A stretch of DNA of 64,000 nt from the human T2T-CHM13v2.0 reference genome, Homo sapiens. The position numbers and the translations under genes were made by a program. This document shows positions 41,760 through 58,885 of this stretch, piece by piece. The notes beneath the pieces were generated by a model. That model searched no databases. It saw nothing but the letters and a program-made list of their open reading frames with translations, and was not told the DNA's origin. Location: the NCBI RefSeq assembly GCF_009914755.1, contig NC_060928.1, one strand, 5' to 3'. Positions within the stretch are counted from its first letter, which is position 1. Every line of letters begins with the position of its first letter.

Positions 41760-41816
41760 CAAGAAAAAAAAGAAAGAAAGAGAAAGAAAGAAAAGAACGA
41801 AAGAACGAAAGAACGA

Positions 41817-41868
<52 letters not shown>

Positions 41869-41965
41869 AGGAAGGAAGGAAGGAAGGAAAAGAAAAAGAA
41901 AGAAAGAAAGAATAGAAAAGGAAGGAAGGAAGGAGAAGAAAAGAATGAAAGAAGAAAGAAAAAAG
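41760..41965. repeat. Compound (GAAA)n/(GGAA)n purine microsatellite
   Basis: Seen directly; it explains the four low-complexity ORFs at 41619-42088. Confidence 0.97.
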
Positions 41966-43510
41966 CCTTTTGTTGTCATCAGTGTATTAGGAAATGGGAA
42001 ACACACATATCAACCACAGGGAAAAAGAATTACCCAAACAGGAGGTTCATTTTACCCTGCTCCTTTCAGTGAAAGAAGAGAGAATTAAAAAGGAGGATTA
42101 AGTAGGCATGTGCTTAGAGCTCTGATGGAAAAAGCATTTAAAGGCAGAATTCACATTCCTTAAAAGGACAAATACACGGCTTTTTTCTCCCAAATTATCC
42201 ATCAAGGTGATTTTGGTCACATGTGATTCATTAGTTTAGAGAACCAAGTTACTTGGCTGTATTTCAGATTTGAAAGGAGAGCAACAGTGGGCTGTGTTAA
42301 ATACATATATGTATTTGCACCATTTCTATCCTGATGACAGGTGGCACCATTCCAAGAGCCAATGTTTCCTTTCAAACTATTTCTGAGTACATTTAATGAT
42401 TTAAATATGTTCTTAATCAATTTATTTTTTCCTCCCAAGGTATCAGAAGTCCTGACTCAATTCTTCATATTAACATATGCATTCCTTACTAAGAAACCAG
42501 ACCATAACTAAGAAGGGATTTAGGTATGAGAAGTCTAAAGCTCATTACCTTAATTTCCTTTTTTATAGGTTAAGCATTGCAGGATCATTTTTGAGATTCT
42601 AATTTTTGATGTAATATTTTTTAATTACTGAATGTGGGCTTTTTATATCTGAGGTGATTTTTTTCTTTTAAATCAATGTGTCCATTAAAGAATGTATTAT
42701 TGCACACCAGATGGAATTAAATGAACCATTGTGTGAACTTGGCATTTTCAGATCGGGTTACCTGAATGTAATTACCTGCAGGCAGTTTCCAAATCTGCTG
42801 TTCATAAGGGATTAGCTTGCGTATAGAGATTCTCTTCCATTCTCCTCAGGTTTTTTTTTTTCCTTGAAATGCTTTTAGTCATTTTGGCTTATTGTACCAT
42901 CATGCTCTGCCACTGATAATAGTGAAAATTAATCCTGAACTACCAGAATTGATGATACAGAACAAGTCGACAGCTGTTTAAAAAACAAACAGACAAGGGA
43001 CAGCTTATAGAAGAGAACGTTATGATTTTGTGCCACATAAAATTTGAATTGTCTGCCACAATTCTAATAATACTGAAATTTGGAGAAATTTCTCTATCTA
43101 TTAAATAGAGTTTCTTTCAGAAATTTATCCCCAAACTGCAATGCTGCATTTAATTTCCTGTTGTTATTTTAAAATCACATCAGTTGAAGAATATGAATGT
43201 CTACACATTTTGAATCACATTCCAATTTATTTTCTTTGCGAGTGAGCAGAATTATATTTCCTGTGAGTCATCTCTTCATATAGGGAGTATACCCTCTGGG
43301 TGGCATTTATTGCTGGTGTGTCAATCACCTTCTTATTTTATCTCTTTAAGTAGTGAAGAGAGGTTATGTGTCTGTTTCCTGCATTGATGTTAAGTGCACA
43401 ATTTTCTCTCACTAAATAAATATATATTTAAACAATTGGAAGAATGGGATTTCAAAATTCCATTTTAAATTCTCAGCAGTAAATCAGTTTTATCTTTCCC
43501 TTTAAAAGTG

Positions 43511-43512
<2 letters not shown>

Positions 43513-43552
<40 letters not shown>
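43513..43552. repeat. (AT)n microsatellite, about 20 units
   Basis: Pure AT run. Confidence 0.97.
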
Positions 43553-43554
<2 letters not shown>

Positions 43555-44446
43555 CTACTTTCTTCAAGCAGTTGGTGAAGAGCATCTAACCTGAGACTGG
43601 GAAACATCAAGTTAATAGAAACAATATAATTTATAATTTTACATGATTTCATATATTATTTTTCTGTTAGCCTTGTAAACTTTCCAATGACTCAAGTGAT
43701 TTAAATGATGTGTGAATTTTTTTAGTAAGGAGTTGAATAATTAGCTTTCAGAGAATTTAACTAGTATCATTCTAAAATACATGATGACCTGGAAAAATAT
43801 AATAATAATGAACATAACCTTACAGAAATGAATTATGGAATAATGATAGATAATCAAATATATGCCACCAGTTTGTGAATTAATGTTAGATTATGTTGAA
43901 AATAGGTCACTTCCAAAGAAGCCATTGTTTTCATTGTTATTAATGTAGACTTGAAATTGATATTATATAGTTAGTTTCTAACTTGCAAGCCACAAGATAA
44001 AGATTTAGGCTACTTTAAGCAAAAAGTAATTTGCTGAATGTATGCTGGACTCATTAAGAGGAGTCTCAAGAATTAAACCTCGAAAGCCAAAGGGAGCATA
44101 ACTGCTCTGGAAGACTAGGAAGCAGGGATGGCAGGAATGATCACATAGTATCTTTTTTTAAAAAAAACAGCTTTATTGAGATATAATTCAAGAGCATACC
44201 ACTCATCCATTTAAAGTATGTTTCAACCATTCCTTCTATCCTTGTGTTTCTCATTCAAGAGTCCACATCTTAGAGAAGCATCTGTTGTCCAGGCTTATGC
44301 CATACCTCCTCCTTCTGCTGGTGTCAGAGCTGGTGAGGGGCAAGGCATGGCTGGAGTCACAGCATGAGATGAGATATCCACAGGCAGCCACCTGGATTTA
44401 CTATTCTGACAAGCAAGATATAAAAAATTAGGCAAAATTTATTTTT

Positions 44447-44659
44447 AGTAATATGCTGATAAATATGTTGAACAACTCGTTCTCTCCCACCCCCAAAAAG
44501 CCCTGTTTGTTTTGTTTTGGATTTACAGATTTCCATCATGTAAATACTCCAATCGTAATAGTAATTTTAAGCTACCAGTGTGACAGTATGTGGAGTTGGG
44601 TAGGGATGCTAATCATTGGTTCTTGTGAGCTGGAACAAGCTGATTACAGCACACTACTT
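44447..44659. mobile_element. MER63-like hAT-Blackjack MITE
   Basis: TATGCTGATAAATATGTTGAACAACT at one end and GTGAGCTGGAACAAGCTGATTACAGCACACTACT at the other. Confidence 0.7.
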
Positions 44660-44961
44660 AGTATCTCCCCAAAAGAACATGGGTACTTTCAGGAAGGGGA
44701 AAATGAATGCTAGCCATTCAAAATGTACACACACACATGTAATGAGCAAAGATCTTATTGACCTTAAACACAGAGCCATTCAATATGTTGTTTTTCATAA
44801 ATTAGTGACTCAGTAGATAAGAATTTGGGTGCAGAGATGTTAGAGACTACTCTTACGTTTTATTTCATAAGAAAATAGAGGCTACTGTCCCTTGTCAATT
44901 TCTTAATTTAGCTCAGGAACTCAAATGGACACATTAAAAATATTAATAGTAAAATTGTAAA

Positions 44962-45571
44962 CTGTTTTGGTAGGGAGAATTCTAAGATGACCTCCATGAC
45001 ACTCACCTTTGTTTTTTTTCCCCCATTAATATGTTATATTCATGGCAAAAGGGATTTTACAGATGCAATTAAGGTTACTAATTAGGTGACTTTAAAATAG
45101 GAAGATCACACAGGTGGGCTTGACCTACCATATGGGTCTTTTAAAAGCAGAGAATTTTCTCTGACTAGTAGAGGAGGAAATCAGAGAGACTCGAAGCATT
45201 AGAAAGACTCAGTGCAAAAGAGGCATGCATTGCATGTGGGAAGGACCTGAGAGCAGCCTCCAGGAAAGGCGCTAGGAGAGCCAGACCAACTACTGACTGA
45301 AATTCATCAAGGAAAACATGGCCTCAGTCCTACAACTGAAAATAACAGAATTTTGCCAACCGTTAGAATAAGTTTGGAAGTGGATTATTTCTTAGAATAC
45401 CAGATAAGAGTCCAGCCTACCCAATACCTTAATTTCAGTTTTGTGAGTCCCTAAGCAAACCATCCAGGCTGCCCAGACTTTTGACCTATAGAACTGTGAG
45501 ATAACAAATCGGTATTGTTATAAGCTGCTAAGTGTGTGGCAATTTGTTATACAGCAATAAAAATCTAATAT
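44962..45571 (+). mobile_element. MaLR solo LTR (MLT1E-like)
   Basis: GAATTCTAAGATGACCTCC...CATGGCAAAAGGGATTTTACAGATGCAATTAAGG...AATTTGTTATACAGCAATAAAAATCTAATA. Confidence 0.85.
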
Positions 45572-45904
45572 AACTATCTATAAGGAGGTGCCTTAAATAA
45601 ACTTTGGCACTACAAGCATCTGAACAAACAAAAGGATCTGTATGGAATAAAGCGAAAGAAAGGCTTTTAAAGAACATTAAGTCTTAAATCAATTGTTAGA
45701 AGAAGACAATTGGAGTAAGGAACATGAAGTAAGTGGAGGATAAGGGGTGGACAGGTAATCATGTCAGCGATGATTATTGGCATAAAAAAGAAACCTTACT
45801 AACGGAAATATAAGAAGACAGGCAAGATTGCATTAGAGAGTCATAAAAGATAAGGTCAAAGAGCTGAGGTTGGTAAATTGATGAAGATCTAAAATTCTGT
45901 GTCA

Positions 45905-46083
45905 ATAAGTGATTCTCAACACTTTGAGGAATTTTAACCCATGAGGACATTTTAGAAAATGAACACCAGAATAGCACTTCAGAAAAACTGAATCAGAAAT
46001 TCTGGCATATGTGACAGCATCTACATTTTTTTAAACTTCTGTAAGTGATTTTTGAGGTGCAGCCAAGGTTGAGGTCCACTAGT
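45905..46083. mobile_element. MER5A-like MITE
   Basis: AGTGATTCTCAAC / GTTGAGGTCCACT terminal inverted repeats and ACTGAATCAGAAA core. Confidence 0.7.
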
Positions 46084-46403
46084 GGGAATTCTGGAATTCA
46101 CAGATATCTAAGGACTATCTATGGACTAAAGCTATGCTAGAAGGTACAGCCTCTCTCCCTCCCTCCCTTTCTTTATTTCTTCTTTCTCAATGTAAGAGGA
46201 AGACATGAGTCAACCATAGCTGAATTATAATATTGCTGGTTTTTTTTACAGCAAAAAAATGAAGAATATTATAAAAGTCAAACAATAGAAGGTGCCAAAC
46301 ATGATTCCTATTGTAATGGAAATTTATGCCATATTATTTCATTAATATAGTTTTTAATCTCATGCAAACTGTTTAAATGTATATATCTGTGATATTTTAA
46401 TAA

Positions 46404-46785
46404 TGTCCCAAGTTTGATTTCCCTAGAAGCAGACTCTGAGATATATATTAATATATAAGATATTTATTAGAATGTTCTCTTGATATCCACATGGAAGGAA
46501 GGAAGGATGATTTTGCAGAAAGAGCTGTGGAGCACTCCAAAGATAGATGTCACCCTTCATAGTTGCCCCAAATTGGGCAAGCTGATGTGGCCTTATATTC
46601 CTACTGTGATCTATAATTGAAGGTAAACTCTCCTTGAAAAAAGCAGTTTTCCTCACCTGAAGCCATCCACAATGGAGAATGTCCACTGAGAGCCATCTTC
46701 ACACGGAATTCTTGGCAGCTGGGAGAATAAGATTTTTAATCCTGAGAAGGGGTGGTCAGGACTGCACATCACAGAGCCCACTACA
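46404..46785 (-). mobile_element. ERVL LTR (LTR16-like)
   Basis: TTCCCTAGAAGCAGACTCTGAGA...TTTATT...CACAGAGCCCACTACA. Confidence 0.65.
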
Positions 46786-47564
46786 AATGTCTACTTCTAG
46801 CTGGTAAACATACAGGATGCATTTGCTTTTAAATGTATTTCCCTAATTATAAAAAAAAGCCTGATATCTACAAATTTGTTCAAAATATTTTACCAAGGAT
46901 CCTATTTTCAAAATATGTTTGAAACTAGTTAGCAACTAGTTATACAGGTGATGGTATAATTTAATGAGATAAGAAATATGGAAAGAAGGATATTTTTAGG
47001 GAAGAGGATGTGTACAATCGTTGATAAGTAGAGTTTGATGTATTTGCATAAAAACAAAACAAATTTTAAAAATACACGATTTCATGATTTCATGTGTCAT
47101 TTTAGATTCAGCCCTATTTTTGAAAAGATTGCCAATAGTTGAAACTTTTTAAACCTAATATATTCTTACCTCACACAGTTGTCAGTTTTTTTTTCTTTGA
47201 AATACTTTTTTTATTCACTTCTGGGATATTATATTCTCTAGGTTTTCATTTTCCTCATTCTAAATATCTTTCAGATAGAAGTGACAGATTCTTTCTATGC
47301 TTTTAGATATCAGAAATTTCACATTTGTGATTAACTCAGTTCTACAATTGACATCTTTACCCTCCTCCCAAACAATACAGGGACCTAGAATATTTTAATT
47401 CCAATTAAAGCGTTGTTACTTATAATTTCTATTCAGTGATTTATTTTAATTTTTACTTAAATATTATTTTTATATAATCAATACTTTCTTTAGATTTATC
47501 CATAAGTTTAATATTTTTAATTAAACAATCTTTCTTCCTGCATTTTCTGGGATATTTTTTCTTA

Positions 47565-51500
<3,936 letters not shown>

Positions 51501-53054
51501 TTCACTGGAGGAGGTCATGATTAACTGGGTAATCTTAAAACTTCTTTGGCTTGTGTTTTTGGATGCACAGATGTTGCGAAGTCCAGCTGCCAACCATAAG
51601 GTATGCGTAATATAAATAGGTATTTCTAAAGCAGTTTTTAACAGTCAGGGTTTAGTAGAGGAAATAGGAAATACTTTGTATTTCAAGCAGTAAAGAATAT
51701 AATAAATGGAACTAGGTGCTCAGAAAATTATTGGAAGTGCCGAAGAAGTGGAAATCAGGGGGCATGCCTAGACTTTCAAAATCACCCCATCATGGTTACG
51801 ATACAGAGGTCCTGAATAACTTTTGTTATTGCCCCACCACTGGGCTGCTACAGATACCTTATCCTCAAGAAGCTAGTTTCTAGACATTTAAACATGGACT
51901 GCAGTTGCTGCAAATATTCCTGGTGCTTGTGTGAACGTTGCATCTGCCACAGGAAGAGTGCTTCATTTCTGCCTTCTATACCTGGTATAAATTGACACAC
52001 AGGACCATGGCTTCCAGAGAATCTAAAAATTGAGCTTTTAGATTCTCCAATAGAGAATAGAAGGAGAGTAAACTTCTCCAATAGAAGGGGAGTAAACTGA
52101 ATGTTGAGAGAGCCAATCCAATTATTCATCACTTTTTTTTTTTCCTTTTTCTTCTATGTGAAGGCAAGATAGGGAGACAGGCATGTGTACCCGCCACTTT
52201 ATCTATTGTTTGTATTACACCTCATGCTTCTTTATATGCTTTTGATCCCAGCTATTTTCTTCTGTTCTGTCCTAAGCAGTTAAATCTCTAGGATTGACCC
52301 AAGGAAGTCACTGGCTTTATCATTCAGTTACCCTTACGAACTTGACTTTTCCTATCCAATACAGATTTTCTGAAATCCCTTTATGTTTCATCAGGCTCAA
52401 CTGTGTATATAGAAGATGTTTTAAAATACTGGATCTGGTAGTTTTACTTATGATATACAGAATGGGTTTCTATCACATCTGTTTGCTAAATGTACAACTA
52501 TGTCTTAAGGACATTTTTTTCTTTTTATATTTTTTGATATCTTAATGGCCAGTACTTCTTAGTCTCCTTTGCTAATTCCTCTTCTTCCCAGCTGCTAAGT
52601 GTTGGAATTTCCTAGGAACCAGTCTTCAGGCCTCTTCTCTTATGTATTTATATTCTTTTCCTAAATGGTCTTATTCAATATGGTTTTTTAAATGTCATCT
52701 TTATATGCTGGTGACTTCCAAATTAATATATTCAAGTTAGGCCTTTCCCTTTTGCTCCAGATCATTTATACAAAGACTGCATGATATTCCTTCCTAGAAG
52801 TTTATAAAACATTTCCAACAGACATTAAAGGTCCAAAATATAAATTTTACTTTCTCCAACCTACCCACAATGGATTTTCCCTCAGTCTTTTTCACCTCAG
52901 TCAACAATACAGTAATGTGTTCAGTTAGTCATACAAAACCCTAAAAATTATCTTATTCTCTTTTCAGGCTGTCTAGTATCCAATCCAGTCAGTTCTATCT
53001 TAAGTAGAATCATTTCTCAAGACTCTCCCTTGTATAGTCAGTATACAAGACTAT

Positions 53055-53420
53055 TGTATATATATACAATGGAATACATTCAGCCATAAAAAAGAATGAA
53101 TTAATGTCTTTTGCAGCAACATGGATGGAACTGTAGGCCATTGTCTTAAGTGAAACAACTCAGACACAGAAATATAAATACTGCATGTTCTCACTTATAA
53201 GTGGGAGCTGAATAATGTGTACACATGGACATAGTGTGGAAAGGTAGAAAATGGAGACTGGAAGGGTGGGGGTCAAGTGGGGGGATGATGAGAAATTCCT
53301 TAATGGGTACAATGTACATTGTTCTGGTGGTGGTAGATATGCAAAAGGCCCTGACTTTACTACTGCACAATATATTTATGTAATAAAATTACACTTGTAC
53401 CCCATAAATTTATATAAATA
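53055..53420 (+). mobile_element. L1PB4/L1MA-like 3' end
   Basis: CAGCCATAAAAAAGAATGAA...GCAGCAACATGGATGGAACTG...GTTCTCACTTATAAGTGGGAGCT...TTGTACCCCATAAATTTATA. Confidence 0.9.
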
Positions 53421-53559
53421 GACGTGCCCACTATCATACTAGTCTCAACCACCATCATCTCATACCTGTGCTTCAATAATAGGTTAATAGAAATCCAAGT
53501 AGGTGACTGAAGAAAACTAACTAGTTTCTCCTCTACTGTCCTCCTTTAAAACGTGTCCT

Positions 53560-53670
53560 GGCCGGGCGCAGTGGCTCACACCTGTAATCCCAGCACTTTC
53601 GCGCCACTGCACTCCAGCCTGGGTGAACGAGCAAGACTCCGTCTCAAAAACAAAAACAAAAAAAAAACAA
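53560..53670 (+). mobile_element. Internally deleted Alu
   Basis: First 40 nt of Alu joined to the last 46 nt plus A-tail; TSD AAAAC(G/A)TGTCCT at 53548-53559 and 53671-53682. Confidence 0.92.
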
Positions 53671-54215
53671 AAAACATGTCCTTTAGCAAGCAATATGCAC
53701 TTTTAAAGATGTAAATGAGATAATGCCACTTATGAGCTAAAACCTCCAATGTCTTTCCATCTTATTTAGAATGAACTACAAACTCTTTATGTGATCTGCC
53801 CCTGTTTATCTCTGCAGCATATCAGTGATATATTTTGAATTTACCCCTTTGCATGCCCCATTCTAGCTGCACTGACATTATTTTCATTGTATGAAAAAGA
53901 AAGTCCATTTCATCTGGGATACTCTTTCCCCAGTTCTTTGATTTTCCCACTCCAGTACTTTATTCTGATCCTAAACAAATGTCATCTTTTAGGGGCATTT
54001 CCTTATAACACTATCTAAAATAACCACTCTTGCACAGCTACCTAATATCTTATACATATGAGTCCTTTATGACATTTATCACAATCTAAAGCTATTACAT
54101 ATTTGTTTTCTTTTGTATTATCTACATTTTCAAATTTATTCCAAATTTCATGAGAACAAAGTTTTGGTTTTATTTTATTTACCTTTATGGCCTATATATA
54201 TGTTGATTAAGTGCA

Positions 54216-54276
54216 TGGATGGATGGATGGATGGTTGGATGGATGGATGGATGGATGGATGGATGGATGGATGGAT
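54216..54276. repeat. (TGGA)n tetranucleotide microsatellite
   Basis: About 15 units with one interruption. Confidence 0.95.
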
Positions 54277-55419
54277 AGACAAATGATACTCAGGTGGAGC
54301 TGCTCAGGATCAGTAGGTTATGTGGGAATAATGTATATCAGGATATATACAGGATTACAGATTTGAAAGGCATGAATTCATCAATCATTCATTGGACTGG
54401 ATGAAATCGTCCAGGGATAGCACAGCAAGGATAAAACTCTAGAGAAGGCCGATACTTATTTTATGCTTTCTAAAGATAAAACCATGTTGAATTTTTTTCT
54501 TGCTGCAGTTTTAGTACCTACTATAGTCCTTCATATAGGAGATGTTCAATCAATTTGACTTATTTAATAAATGAATTAAAAATTGGAAAGAATATCCCAC
54601 CAAAGGGAATATGAAGCATCAATTAGAGACTTAAGAGGAGAGCTAAGGAAGTATGAGTTAGTTGAAACTAGAAGATAAAGGGGTTTCAAGAAGGAAGAAC
54701 TAGTCAGGAATCTGAAAAACTACAGAAGAGTCAAATAAGATAATGTCTCAATACAATTCATTACACATATCAAGAAAACTGGAGGCATTGACATTATGAC
54801 TATTAGAAGACATTTGTCGCTATACTAAATATTAATACATTGAATTTATATCAGTAAACACCCTTAGTCTATAGTATTTAAATGCTCCCTTCATTGCATG
54901 CTGGCATTTCCTAGTTTTGAAGAATGTCTCTATGTTTTTGATATCTGTTAATAATAATATGTCTAAGATTCTTCTTTAGATTCAAGATCTGAGTCATGTT
55001 ATCAATACATTAGGTCATGCTATCATGAAAGAAAACTAATAATAGTTTCTCAAGATCCTAATTAAACATTTGGAAAGATAGTATGAAATAACTATTTGGA
55101 AACTAATAAAGAGATGACTCTGTTATTACTGAATATCAAAGGATGGCAAATTTGTGAATAAGTCCCCAGATTTGTCTGCAACAGTCACAGTAAAAATTTA
55201 GAATTAACAACAGTTAAATCTCAAGAGGATACCACATTAAGTGCAACTGTTAAATATTTTCTCAAGGACACAGACCTTAACAGAAAATGGTGGCTACTAA
55301 AAGCTGACTACTATGCAAATATCTTGGCAAGACATTGGGTATCTGAGTCCCCTACAGGACACAGCTGTGATAATCTTTACAAACGTAGGATTCTGCTAGG
55401 GATAGGAAAAGAGCCAGGC

Positions 55420-55691
55420 TCACTGGAGACTTATTGCGAAAAAAAAAAAAATTGTACTTTTTGTGCAGCTTCTGCTCTCTGAATAATCTGATTACATCTC
55501 CAGGGCAATTTATATGGATCACTAAACTGGCCATAAAATATTATAAAATTATAACCTATTATTAGTTCTGTTCCTTTACTCATATAAACATTTATTACAG
55601 GTAAAATACCTGGTGGTTGTGTTAGACCCAGATAATACTAATATTTAATCGCATTAGGTTTAAGAAGAACAAACAAAAGTGCTTTCTCCTG
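55420..55691. repeat. Local duplicated element, copy 1
   Basis: Aligns to 59888-60158; the 236-bp core is ungapped with 30 mismatches by manual alignment. Confidence 0.95.
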
Positions 55692-56479
55692 CTCCTTTAT
55701 ATTCAGGCTTGAAATATCATTTAAAATAACATAGTAGTGCATGTGATTCTGTTTAAGGGGAGGTTCACAAAACCCTATCTCTCCTAGTTCTGATATCAAA
55801 GTTAGGGAGTGAGGTGGAAGACCCTTATTTCTCCAGAAATAAGAGAAGAATCAGGAGTTAGGAGACTCCATCTCTGCTTCAGATCTGTCCATCCCATCAC
55901 ATGGGTGATTACCAGGCAAGGTTCTTCAGTGTCCTTAGATTGGAGAGAGAATATCTGCACTGATTATATATTTAGTTAATTGCTACATACATGTATTGAA
56001 AGAAATATTTTCATTTCTTCATTAAAACATATATTTTATTTAGTATTTGTTTTAACACATATTAATTTTTAAAGTAATGCCAGCTTATTATAAATATCAA
56101 ATAAAATAGAAATTTACAAAATAAAAACCAAGAGTCCTACCTCAGTTCTACCCTACTCTTCAACGCTACTCTCCCTGGATCACTACTGTGAATGGGATGC
56201 ACTTTGTCTTCCATATATCTGTTTAGATGAGTCTGTATACACACAATTCCATGCAAACCTATAGGAAGGCCATTTACTCCATATAGACAACCCTGTCAGA
56301 AGAATCTTTCACACCTTCTCTTTCTTTTCAAGTATATTTCTTCTCAAATCTTCTAATCTATTCCCCTTCTCTGAGGTGTTGATTGGAAGAGGATCCAGAC
56401 AAGGTAGTGATAGATTACAGAACACAGCAGCTGGGGCCATTGGTGATTTTGCTCCCTGAAGTCAGATTACTGAAAGGCA

Positions 56480-57195
56480 CATTCTCATAGCTGTCTCCCT
56501 ACTCTTGTCTCTTTTCAGTAGGAGTAGCCAGAAAAATTATCTTAAAAAGTATATCAGATCATTTGTCTTCTCTGTTCAAAACTCTCCAAAATCTCATTTC
56601 ATTGGCAACAAAAACAAAAATAATACAACAGCCTCAGTGCCTGCTGCTATCTAACCCCCCCCCCATTTCACTCATTATCTCTCCAGTATTATATCCTCTG
56701 CTTCCCCCTTTTCCACTTCATTCTGGAGACTCCAGAAACACTATGTTCCTTGAATATTTCTCTCTGAGAAAATAGACACAATCACAAAAACAATTGTTTT
56801 ATTCTCTCTGCTTGGGAGTTATTCTCTCTGCTTGGGAAATTCTTCTCCCGTATATAGCCATGGCTCATTTCCTGACCTCTTTCAAGTCTTTGCTCAATTA
56901 TTACATTCTTGGTAACGTGGACCCAGACCTCTACTCCTCATTCAAAACAGCAATCATGGCCTCAACACTCCTGATACCACAACCTGATTCTTTCTTTCTG
57001 TAACATTGATCACATACAAGATAGGTAGTATATATTGTACCTTTGTACATATTTGTTATGTGTATTATCTGGCATTCTCCACCAGAATATAATCTCCACA
57101 AGTATATGATTTTAATCAGCACAGCCCTAGAGCCTAGAAGAGTGGCTAGCAATAGCAGCCATTCAACAAACATTTGTAGAATAAATGAATGAATA
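56480..57195 (+). mobile_element. L2a 3' portion
   Basis: CAGATCATTTGTCTTCTCTGTTCAAAACTCTCCAA...AGAGCCTAGAAGAGTGGCTAGCAATAG...TGAATGAAT; contains a 20-bp tandem duplication at 56799-56837. Confidence 0.8.
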
Positions 57196-57370
57196 CATAT
57201 ACATATATAGGAGTTAATATAGCAAAATGCATTAGTGTGCAGGAACTAGAGTCAGACTGGTAGACTCTATCAATTATCAGCTGTAAATATAAATAATAAT
57301 TGATCCATAAGTATCTAAAACATACTTTACAGGGTTCTTAAAAGGGTTCAGTTAGCAATTAGGTAATAGT

Positions 57371-57786
57371 TGTAAAGAGACACAAGTTATTTTTTTCTGG
57401 TCAGTTCTTCCTCTTTATGGAACTGTTCTTCTTTTCCCCCTAGCTATTAGTTTCTATAAAATTGTCATGTTCTTACTCTCTAATAGCTTTCATTTTATTC
57501 AGAGTCAGAGCTCGATACTTACAAGAGCCCCTTCAGGGTGAAAGCTAATTGGTCTACATATAGCATCTAACTTAAACTGAGAAATATAAGACTTGCCTGA
57601 AATTTTGAACTTCAGAACACAGAATGTATTGCCAACCCACTTCAACGATAGTAACTATAAGAAGTACAACTCAAGTGGAATCGCTGTCTTGTTTCTGAAC
57701 ACATGGACAAAATTTGACTTACAGAAGAAAGACAATTAGGCCCACTCAAAGATAAGAGAAGTTAAAAGCCAGAAAAAGAGTGTGTG

Positions 57787-57852
<66 letters not shown>

Positions 57853-58030
57853 CTGGGAATGTTTGCATTCCTACTTCCAGTTGGTTCTAAGTCCTAGCTG
57901 CATCCTGTCATACATATGTGTAAGTCATTTAATCCCCTTTCTGTATCCACGCAGCCAATAAATTGCTCTTCTTTTTTCCAAAGAATTTTAAGTTGTTTCT
58001 ATTACTTACAACCAGAGGAGTCTAATATAT
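57371..58030 (+). mobile_element. Old MaLR LTR (MLT1J-like) containing (TG)n(AG)n at 57781-57850
   Basis: 3' end CCAATAAATT...GTTTCTATTACTTACAACCAGAGGAGTCTAATATA. Confidence 0.6.
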
Positions 58031-58717
58031 ACCACATGTTTTGCTAGGATTAATAATATTAAAATTAAGGCAGTAATAGGGATTATGTATTCCCTGTAGT
58101 ATCTACAAGAGAGCTGTTCATAAAGAAATTTGTTATAATGTTATATTAGCAAAAGACATTCCAATAATATGTCACATTGTTTTAAGACATGCCAGGAGAT
58201 ATAAATTAGTTAAGAGGCATAGGAATATGTTCTTGGGTACAGACTCTTTCCACACCATCCTTTGAGAACTGCCTCTCTACGTTACCCAGAAAGCTATAGC
58301 TTTCTTGTTTTCTTGGACCTAGGGGCTAAAACTAAAACTCCTAATGAGACGCCTTTCTTTATGCAGCCTTTTCTTCTCCCCAGGTAATTAATCACATGCT
58401 CTTCAGAAGGCTTTGCTTGAAACAGTCCCTTTTTGATGTGCTGCGATCACCACCAGTCATAACTAAATGTAATAGCAATTTCTCCAACCATACTGGCTTT
58501 GATAAAACATGCTTTATTCCTAGAAGATTAGGCCATTCATTCATCATGTATTTGATGATAATAATAATGATAATGATCTGTTGACTGTTAGCTTCTGGGT
58601 GCTCTAAGCCTTTTTTAGCTTTTAACACAAATTACAGGTAGGCCTCCCAGCCACCTGTCCCTTTAGGAAAGTAAACAGCTCTCTAGAAAGCCTTCTGATA
58701 TGTTTTTTTAACTCATT

Positions 58718-58885
58718 CTAGAGTAGCACTTTTTAAACTTTAATGTGCAGTTGAATTGCTCCAGGATCTTGTAAAATGCACATCTGATTTAGAAGGTATA
58801 GAATGAAGCTTGAGATACTACAACCCTACATACTAGGTGATGTTGATGCTGCTGGTCTATAGACTGCACTTTTGATTAACAAGTT
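58718..58885. mobile_element. MER5B-like MITE
   Basis: AAACTTTAATGTGCA...GGATCTTGTAAAATGCA...AGGTGATGTTGATGCTGCTGGTCT. Confidence 0.75.

Larger units (their letters stand above)
52550..54215 (+). mobile_element. L2 interrupted by an L1 3' end and a deleted Alu
   Basis: TATATGCTGGTGACTTCCAAATT (the YADD-region motif of L2) and later L2 3' motifs. Confidence 0.65.

Noticed and set aside
41619-42088. K/E/R-rich and F/L/S-rich ORFs of 98-138 aa
   Set aside because: They are translations of the (GAAA)n/(GGAA)n microsatellite.
55352-55534. Minus-strand ORF MASLVIHINCP..., echoed in copy 2, as a duplicated micropeptide
   Set aside because: Many substitutions are non-synonymous, there is no codon periodicity, and the A-run shifts the frame between copies. 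The minus-strand GTAAGT donor exists only in copy 2.
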